Positions 1-5,854 of a DNA stretch of 10,206 nt are shown in pieces; position 1 is the stretch's first letter; every line of letters begins with the position of its first letter. Source of the DNA: Candidatus Thorarchaeota archaeon (GTDB taxonomy: Archaea; Asgardarchaeota; Thorarchaeia; Thorarchaeales; Thorarchaeaceae). The notes beneath the pieces are model-generated. The model did no database searches. It was given only the letters and a program-made list of their open reading frames with translations, and was not told the origin of the DNA. The position numbers and the translations under genes are program-made. The stretch lies in assembly GCA_046758445.1 (NCBI GenBank), contig JBHIAE010000079.1:1-10206 (forward strand), written 5' to 3'.

Positions 1-212
1 ACAGGATGTGGCAGAATCAGGGTAATGGGAATCATAACAATCGGAATCAGCATTAGTAGTGAGGCTGCCAACCACATTCTTTGAGTTGCTTTCTGACCAT
101 CCATTTCTCCTGCCACATGGTCTCCGGCGAATATCCGCATCACATCTCCTAAGAGATAGGTCAACATTAGAGATACCCATAGTCCCGAGAGGATTATCTG
201 AACGTCTTCCAT
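1..212 (-). CDS. DUF6326-like small membrane protein (partial, runs off the left edge)
   Basis: Not in the ORF track. Manual translation from ATG at 212 gives MEDVQIILSGLWVSLMLTYLLGDVMRIFAGDHVAGEMDGQKATQRMWLAASLLMLIPIVMIPITLILPHP, open to the edge. It has two hydrophobic helices and an 'LSxLW...L.Y..gD' N-terminus plus 'M.IP..M', which I recognise as DUF6326-like. A GAGGGT RBS-like sequence and a TATA-like box lie upstream. Confidence 0.8.
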   Translation of the reverse strand, partial: MEDVQIILSGLWVSLMLTYLLGDVMRIFAGDHVAGEMDGQKATQRMWLAASLLMLIPIVMIPITLILPHP

Positions 213-246
213 GATTCAACTACCCTCTAACGGAAAGTGCAACGCG

Positions 247-254
247 AAATATAA
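247..254 (-). promoter_or_regulatory. Putative archaeal TATA box (TTATATTT) for the DUF6326-like gene
   Basis: Minus strand reads TAGAGG-TTATATTT, 35-42 bp upstream of the ATG at 212. The spacing is similar to the boxes at 2464-2469 and 5713-5719. Confidence 0.5.
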
Positions 255-342
255 CCTCTACTGAGAGCTGGACACTGTAGTTGGCCACCCAATTGTTGAA
301 GTTGCATGACCGCCTTCAAAGATGAAATACTAGATGAGATAG

Positions 343-1425
343 TCAATCAATTTGACACTCTTTCAAGACGGTGTTTACTAATGCATCCTCATAATGCTCT
401 TTTTCTTCTAGCATCGGCCAGTGGCCCGAATCTTCGAAGATTATAAGCTTCTTGCCCTTTTCAGCATCCAATCTATTATAGAAGTCCTCAACAAGAATTG
501 TGGGAGTAATCATATCGTATTTGCCCTCAAGAAAGTATATGGGAACTTTCATCGATTCTATCTCATTTGTGAGATTGACATCTACGATTTCCTTCCATAA
601 GGCATTCGTAGTGAAATCCCGTCCTCTCCCCAATATCGTTCTAATTCCTTCTGACAATGAATATTCAGGCGAAGTCAAATAGGGAAGAATAATACCCATC
701 ATTTTCCAAAAGGAAGAATCTCGCATCATTCCACCATATTGAACAATATACTTGGCTTTCTCGTATTCTTTTTTGGGTGTTTCATAAGGTGGGGGTCCAA
801 TTGCTTTTATCGCAGTCTGATGCTTTACATTACCAGTTCTTTCAGCTTCTTCAAGTACAAAATCATAGGATATCCTCTGTTGCTCATAGTCGTTGATGAT
901 TTGCGCCACTCCGACATAGGCATGGATCTTCTCCGGATACTTATGAGCAGTCTTGATTCCGATTACTGTTCCTGAAGAATGCGCGACAATGAAGACTCTG
1001 CGTGTGTCAAATCTATTTCGCAAATAGTCAATTAACTCACTACAATCTTCGACCAATCTATCTAAGGTCATAGAATCGACTGGTATTTGATTATTGAATG
1101 ATTTACCTGCCCCTCTTTGATCCCAATGAACTACAGTGAAATACCTGATTAGTCCAGAATCTAATCTTCGCGAACTTGACATGCCCATTGTTGGTTCGCC
1201 AGGACCACCATGTAAGAATAGTAAGACTGGGTTGTTCTGATCCAAGCCTCTGATGAATATCCATTGCTTCAAATCTCCGAGCGTGATCTCCTCCAATGAG
1301 CTTATTCCATTCGGTGTTTCTATCCTTGTCGAATATCTCAAATATCGTCTATACAGCAACAGGCCGACAAGAAGAAGAAAGGAGAAACCTGCGACACCTA
1401 TTGTAAATTGCAAAAGAATGTGCAT
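343..1425 (-). CDS. Membrane-anchored alpha/beta hydrolase (prolyl aminopeptidase/peptidase S33-like fold)
   Basis: N-terminal TM helix. Motifs: oxyanion LHGGPG, WDQRGAGKS, nucleophile elbow AHSSG, acid GKYDMITP, and His in SGHWP. RBS GAGGAG precedes the ATG. Confidence 0.92.
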   Translation of the reverse strand: MHILLQFTIGVAGFSFLLLVGLLLYRRYLRYSTRIETPNGISSLEEITLGDLKQWIFIRGLDQNNPVLLFLHGGPGEPTMGMSSSRRLDSGLIRYFTVVHWDQRGAGKSFNNQIPVDSMTLDRLVEDCSELIDYLRNRFDTRRVFIVAHSSGTVIGIKTAHKYPEKIHAYVGVAQIINDYEQQRISYDFVLEEAERTGNVKHQTAIKAIGPPPYETPKKEYEKAKYIVQYGGMMRDSSFWKMMGIILPYLTSPEYSLSEGIRTILGRGRDFTTNALWKEIVDVNLTNEIESMKVPIYFLEGKYDMITPTILVEDFYNRLDAEKGKKLIIFEDSGHWPMLEEKEHYEDALVNTVLKECQID

Positions 1426-1453
1426 CCAATCTCTCCTCTTATATGCTCAACTT

Positions 1454-2425
1454 CTACATCGTTACGACCACGTTCCCCTTCTTGCCGCCTTGTTCTACAA
1501 ATCTGTGGGCTTCGACCATCTGTTCTAATCGGTAGGTTCTGTCAATGACTGTCCTTATCGTTCCTGCTTCAATGAGCTCTTTGAGGCGTATCAAGTCTTC
1601 AGTCATATAGTCTGCGGGTCCCGCGATAGCTCTCATACCACTTCTCTGTACAGTCGATCTATCACTTCGTGAAATCCTTCCATTTCCTTGAAGATAGATC
1701 CCATTCTCATTTAGTGAGTCCGTACAACTTGAAAACGTAGTCACACCCACCACGTCGAAGATGGCATCGTAAGTATAGCCACGCTTGGTGAAATCTTCTT
1801 GTCTGTAGTCAATCATATGGTCTGCCCCCAAGGAGCGCAGCATGTCCAGTTTCCCAGCGCTATCCACCGCAGTCACTTCAGCACCCATTGATTTTGCCAG
1901 CTGGACTGCTATCGTGCCTATAGAACCACCAGCACCATTGACCAATACTCTTTGGCCGTTCTTGATATCTGCTTTCGTCATAAAATGAAGTGCTTCAGAC
2001 CCTCCAACAGGAATTGTGGAAGCCTCCTCAAAGGTCATGTTCGCTGGCTTGGTTGCTACTAGTCCTTCTTCAGACATACACTTGTACTCGGCATAAGCTC
2101 CAAGACCAAGCCCGGTACACGCGAAAACCTCGTCCCCTGGCGTGAACAGAGTCACATCCTTTCCGACCTCCTCAACAACGCCAGCTAATTGTTGGCCCAG
2201 TATCTTCTTTCTTGGTCCTCTTAGACCGAATCCAACTCGTATGAGGAGCCGCAATCCGAGGCCATAATAGGGGAAGTTGAAACCTCGCATTTCGCAGTCC
2301 CCCAATACTACCGTAGTCGCATGGTTCTTGATCAAAAGCTGATTGTGTTTGGGTGTTGGTTTCTTGACCTCTTTGAGCCGAAGAACGTCAGGGGGACCAT
2401 ATTTCGTACATACAATCGCTCTCAT
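1454..2425 (-). CDS. Zn-independent MDR-superfamily NAD(P)H oxidoreductase (QOR/RTN4IP1-like), paralog 1
   Basis: MRAIV..YGPPDVL N-terminus, GQQLAG in place of the Zn-binding GHE, GAYAEY, KPANMTFEEA, Rossmann NGAGGSIG, LGADH, and a C-terminal IDRTY..AHRFVE..KKGNVV. Confidence 0.93.
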   Translation of the reverse strand: MRAIVCTKYGPPDVLRLKEVKKPTPKHNQLLIKNHATTVVLGDCEMRGFNFPYYGLGLRLLIRVGFGLRGPRKKILGQQLAGVVEEVGKDVTLFTPGDEVFACTGLGLGAYAEYKCMSEEGLVATKPANMTFEEASTIPVGGSEALHFMTKADIKNGQRVLVNGAGGSIGTIAVQLAKSMGAEVTAVDSAGKLDMLRSLGADHMIDYRQEDFTKRGYTYDAIFDVVGVTTFSSCTDSLNENGIYLQGNGRISRSDRSTVQRSGMRAIAGPADYMTEDLIRLKELIEAGTIRTVIDRTYRLEQMVEAHRFVEQGGKKGNVVVTM

Positions 2426-2463
2426 GAGTTTCAGAACCCTGTCGAGAGAGAATCAATTGTCAT

Positions 2464-2469
2464 CTTAAA
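2464..2469 (-). promoter_or_regulatory. Putative TATA box (TTTAAG) for MDR paralog 1 and the hydrolase
   Basis: Minus strand AGATTTAAGAT lies 39-44 bp upstream of the ATG at 2425, within a 150-bp intergenic gap. Confidence 0.4.
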
Positions 2470-2540
2470 TCTGGCCTTGAATTGATCTGACGGTTTATCA
2501 GGCTCTGAATCTCAGAAGAAGTATGACGAAACCGATATCA

Positions 2541-2572
2541 TCCCGGAATCCGGGAAGTGGAAGGAGGAGGGC
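2541..2572 (-). terminator. Putative terminator or operator: pyrimidine tract followed by a perfect inverted repeat
   Basis: After the MDR2 stop the minus strand reads CCCTCCTCCTTCCACT then TCCCGGA-T-TCCGGGA (2541-2555, perfect 7+1+7 palindrome). Confidence 0.35.
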
Positions 2573-2575
2573 CAC

Positions 2576-3556
2576 TCATCCTTCTGAAACGGATACTACT
2601 ACCTTCCCAAGGGCGAGTCCATCTTCAAGATATTTCATAGCTTCGGGAACCTCACTCAATGGGACCCGTCTATCTATTACAGGTACAACCTTTCCAGCCT
2701 CAAAAGGCTCTGTCAGGAGATCCATATCCTCCTTGTTGTAGGGTTTCGCCCACCAATTGAATCCAAACCACTTATCGCCGGCCCTCGATATCAATGGTCC
2801 CAAGAGCGCGGTTTGTAGCATTGCAGACCTAGACCCTCCCAACATTACAAACATGCCCCCCGGATTCAATGTCCGCCGATGTACGAATATCGAACGTCTA
2901 GCCACGGTATCAAGAATGAGGTCATAACGCTCACCAGTCTTGGCATAATCTTCCTTCTTGTAGTCCAAGACATGATCAGCACCGATTGAGCGTATCATGT
3001 CTGGCTTCTTGGCGCTGCCCACACCAGTGACTTGTGCTTCATGGTATTTGCGGATCTGTATCGCGAAAGTACCCATACCCCCACCGGCACCGTTAATCAG
3101 GACTCTCTGTCCTGGCTGAATCTGATGTTTACCGCGAATACTCTGAAGGGCGATGACCGCCGCTTGAGGATAGGTCGCTGCTTCCTCAAATGTCATAGCT
3201 GATGGTTTTGGAGTCAGTGCCTCCTCGGGGGCGCACACATATTCTGCAAAAGCACCAGCACCATGCATGAATAGATCCCCCATTACCTCATCACCTGGTT
3301 GTAGTTTCGTGATTTCTGTACCAACGGCTTCAACAACACCTGCTACATCAGTTCCGGGTATCTTGTTCTTGGGTTTCAATGGTCCCGTTATTCGAGTCAA
3401 GATACTCCCTCTCTGGATTTCAAAGTCGGCGGCATTCAAGGATGATGCATGAACTTTGATTAGCACTTCATTATTATTGGGAATGGGCGTATCTACCTCT
3501 TTGAGTTGAAGCCTTTCAGGGGGCCCGTATCCTTCAGTCACAACAGCCTTCATCAT
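2576..3556 (-). CDS. Zn-independent MDR-superfamily NAD(P)H oxidoreductase, paralog 2 (possibly decaying)
   Basis: MKAVV..YGPPE, ASSLNAAD, PGTDVAG, GAFAEY, NGAGGGMG, IGADH, PVIDR, GKVVV. RBS GGTGAGG upstream. Carries several non-conservative substitutions (see findings). Confidence 0.9.
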   Translation of the reverse strand: MMKAVVTEGYGPPERLQLKEVDTPIPNNNEVLIKVHASSLNAADFEIQRGSILTRITGPLKPKNKIPGTDVAGVVEAVGTEITKLQPGDEVMGDLFMHGAGAFAEYVCAPEEALTPKPSAMTFEEAATYPQAAVIALQSIRGKHQIQPGQRVLINGAGGGMGTFAIQIRKYHEAQVTGVGSAKKPDMIRSIGADHVLDYKKEDYAKTGERYDLILDTVARRSIFVHRRTLNPGGMFVMLGGSRSAMLQTALLGPLISRAGDKWFGFNWWAKPYNKEDMDLLTEPFEAGKVVPVIDRRVPLSEVPEAMKYLEDGLALGKVVVSVSEG

Positions 3557-3626
3557 GGTTCCCTCACCGGTCCAAAGCTAATACACGACATCTTTCTTTC
3601 ACTCTGCTTCAATACAAATCAGTGCC

Positions 3627-3995
3627 TCAAGTGAAGCGTTCTCTAGTAGTGGGAATCAGCAAGTAGATAGCAATGATAAGGCTGAGTGCCAGCAAGAAAT
3701 AGTTCTCGAAGATGGTGGGATCAAGGATTATGTTAAAGACTACTTGAGCGGGGAAACCAATTAGAAGTATCACCCTAGCCCAGTTCTTGAGCTTCAATAT
3801 ACCATAGAAGAGCGACAAACCGACAAATCCGCCAAATATGAGAAGCAGTCCATAGTATTCGCCAAGGACAGCGTAGACAGGTGGAACTGGAAGGGCTTCA
3901 AATACAATTGAAACTCCATAATAGAAATCCATACAGAAAGCCACAATCAAGAATAGCGCTAGAAGGACGACTCCAGTTGGTTTACCAAACAACAT
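3627..3995 (-). CDS. Hypothetical integral membrane protein (~4 TM)
   Basis: 122 aa with four hydrophobic segments, a 'GILKLKNWAR' loop and a 'YLLIPTTRERF' C-terminus. RBS GAGGA follows the upstream stop directly, and the gap is only 12 bp. Confidence 0.8.
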   Translation of the reverse strand: MLFGKPTGVVLLALFLIVAFCMDFYYGVSIVFEALPVPPVYAVLGEYYGLLLIFGGFVGLSLFYGILKLKNWARVILLIGFPAQVVFNIILDPTIFENYFLLALSLIIAIYLLIPTTRERFT

Positions 3996-4007
3996 CTCTT
4001 GTTCCTC

Positions 4008-4670
4008 TTAGAAGGGGATGAAAGAGTAGAACAACAGCCATCCTCCCAAGACCAATTCGAAGATCCAAACCAACAGGCCCCCCAAGTTCCACAGCGCCTT
4101 GAAGTCTGGTTTTGCAAGATGGATGCCATTGCCTAGTCCATAGATAATGCTGGCGACAATTCCAAACCATCCGATAATCACTGGGATAGCTCCATAGAGA
4201 ACAAAGACGATTGAGTACGCAAGTGTGCCAATTGAGAATAGGATTTGTGCAAAAGAGAAGGTGGAGTTCTTTGATTTGAGTATGACAAGACCTGAATTAA
4301 CTAACGCATCTCTTTCTGTACCACTAGCTCTTGAGTATTGACTTGCTAGATTGAGAAGGCCCCAGTAGTCCCTTTTTCTGTAGATTTGGATCAATCCTTC
4401 TGCTCCTCGAGACACAACCCAAACGATTCCAAGTATCAACTTGAATGGACTGAAAGCAATAAACAACGTCAAAGCCAGAGTAACTATGGCAGTATGCTCT
4501 GTGATTACTAACAGGGTTCCTGTTCTGAATCTCTGCGGATCCTCACTGATCTTCTGGAGTTGAGCATCTGAGTCCAATTCACTGAATATCTCGTAACCAT
4601 ATCTGGAAGTTGCAGTAACTAGAACGACAATGATAAGCAGAAAGAGGAATCCGGACACTTCGATGAACAT
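4008..4670 (-). CDS. DUF4386-like multi-pass membrane protein
   Basis: About 6 TM segments, with 'SRGAEG', 'IFSIG..YS......IP..I...G' and a C-terminal 'FELVLGGWLL' typical of DUF4386. Start re-assigned from TTG 4694 to ATG 4670 because GAGGAGG lies 7 nt upstream of it. Confidence 0.82.
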   Translation of the reverse strand: MFIEVSGFLFLLIIVVLVTATSRYGYEIFSELDSDAQLQKISEDPQRFRTGTLLVITEHTAIVTLALTLFIAFSPFKLILGIVWVVSRGAEGLIQIYRKRDYWGLLNLASQYSRASGTERDALVNSGLVILKSKNSTFSFAQILFSIGTLAYSIVFVLYGAIPVIIGWFGIVASIIYGLGNGIHLAKPDFKALWNLGGLLVWIFELVLGGWLLFYSFIPF

Positions 4671-4703
4671 TGATATTCCTCCTCGATACACCAATTGGCT
4701 AAT

Positions 4704-5672
4704 CTAAAGATGGTCCAGAGTTATGACTACATTGCCTTTCTTCCGCCCTGTTTCAACGTACCTTGTGGCCTCGACGATTTCCTCCAGCGGATAGGTTCTA
4801 TCAATGACCGGCTTCAGCTCTCCAGCCTCGACAAGCTCCTTTATGAAGACCAAGTCTTCGACGAGTCCGGTTGCTGTTCCCCCAAGAATCATCTTGCCGC
4901 TCCTCAGTGTAGCGAATTTGGCCTGAACACTGCGTCTCATCATATGGACAGAGTCAAGAAAGACTCCTCCTTCCTCCAGCGCTTTCATAGATCCAGACAG
5001 CGAGAGCTTACCCACTGCGTCAAATATCGCATCATAGGTTTCACCGCTTTCAGTGAAATCTCCTGCTGTATAGTCTATCATCTTGTCAGCTCCAAGTTCC
5101 TTTACCCAATCAAGATTCGAGGTACTACACACAGCAGTAACCTCGGCTCCGAAGTACTTGGCAAGCTGTACTGCATAGGACCCTACACTGCTAGAAGCAC
5201 CATAGATGAGGACCTTCTGGCCACTCTGGATATTCCCTTGAGTTTTGAGGAAGAACAATGCTGTATCTGTCCCCACAGGCACAACTGCAGATTCCTCAAA
5301 GGTCAGATTCGTTGGCTTCTGTGTAATAGAGCCATCCTCAGGGATACAAGCATACTCAGCGTAAGCCCCAAAAGTGAAACCCATGGTGCCAAATATCTGG
5401 TCACCTGGTTTGAACAGCGTCACTCCGTCGCCTATTGCCTCAATCTCTCCAGCCAGCTCAATACCCAGAATATTGAATTTCTTAGGTCTCAAGAAACCGT
5501 TCACCATTCTTGCCAAGAATGGATCAGTCTTTCGCATACGCCAGTCAGCAGCTGTAACTGATGTCGCATGTATTTTGATTAGAACCTCATTCTCCTTCGG
5601 AGTTGGTTTCTCTACTTCTTTAATCTGAAGAACCTCTGGAGGCCCATACTTTTCGAAGACTACTGCTTTCAT
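4704..5672 (-). CDS. Zn-independent MDR-superfamily NAD(P)H oxidoreductase, paralog 3
   Basis: [64 protein letters not shown]. Start re-assigned from 5711 to ATG 5672, which aligns with the paralog N-termini and has GTGAAGG upstream. ATG 5711 abuts the TATA-like box. Confidence 0.92.
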   Translation of the reverse strand: MKAVVFEKYGPPEVLQIKEVEKPTPKENEVLIKIHATSVTAADWRMRKTDPFLARMVNGFLRPKKFNILGIELAGEIEAIGDGVTLFKPGDQIFGTMGFTFGAYAEYACIPEDGSITQKPTNLTFEESAVVPVGTDTALFFLKTQGNIQSGQKVLIYGASSSVGSYAVQLAKYFGAEVTAVCSTSNLDWVKELGADKMIDYTAGDFTESGETYDAIFDAVGKLSLSGSMKALEEGGVFLDSVHMMRRSVQAKFATLRSGKMILGGTATGLVEDLVFIKELVEAGELKPVIDRTYPLEEIVEATRYVETGRKKGNVVITLDHL

Positions 5673-5712
5673 TGTTAACGCCTTCACAATCGAGATTTCC
5701 AGATTCAGCATG

Positions 5713-5729
5713 TAATAAATGACGCGTCA
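5713..5729 (-). promoter_or_regulatory. Putative TATA box (TTTATTA, 5713-5719) with an adjacent perfect palindrome TGACGCGTCA (5720-5729)
   Basis: Minus strand GTGACGCGTCA-TTTATTA-CATG. The TATA-like box is 41-47 bp upstream of ATG 5672, at the head of the cassette. Confidence 0.55.
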
Positions 5730-5854
5730 CATAGCCCTCAAGATTTAGCTAACACGATTGGATGAGCGGGTTTTGGAAGAATAATCCGATCAATGCGATT
5801 GGCAGTACCACTCCAAGTTACAATCCATTTCAATAGAAACAACTTGAACTGAAT

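Noticed and set aside
296-319. Inverted repeat TTGAAG-N12-CTTCAA downstream of the hydrolase
   Set aside because: Only a 6-bp AT-rich stem with no U-tract, compatible with chance.
343-1425. Gene symbol pip (proline iminopeptidase)
   Set aside because: The fold matches, but the TM anchor and altered elbow make the specificity uncertain.
4695-5561. 288-aa plus-strand ORF
   Set aside because: It is the codon-in-register antisense shadow of MDR paralog 3, with a TTG start, no RBS and Cys/His/Ser-rich non-protein-like composition. It only reflects absence of TTA/CTA/TCA codons in the sense gene.
1454-5672. Annotation as zinc alcohol dehydrogenases (adh)
   Set aside because: No GHE motif or structural-Zn cysteine cluster in any of the three.
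5817-5854. CRISPR array
   Set aside because: Single repeat-like copy only, with no spacers, no second repeat and no cas genes.
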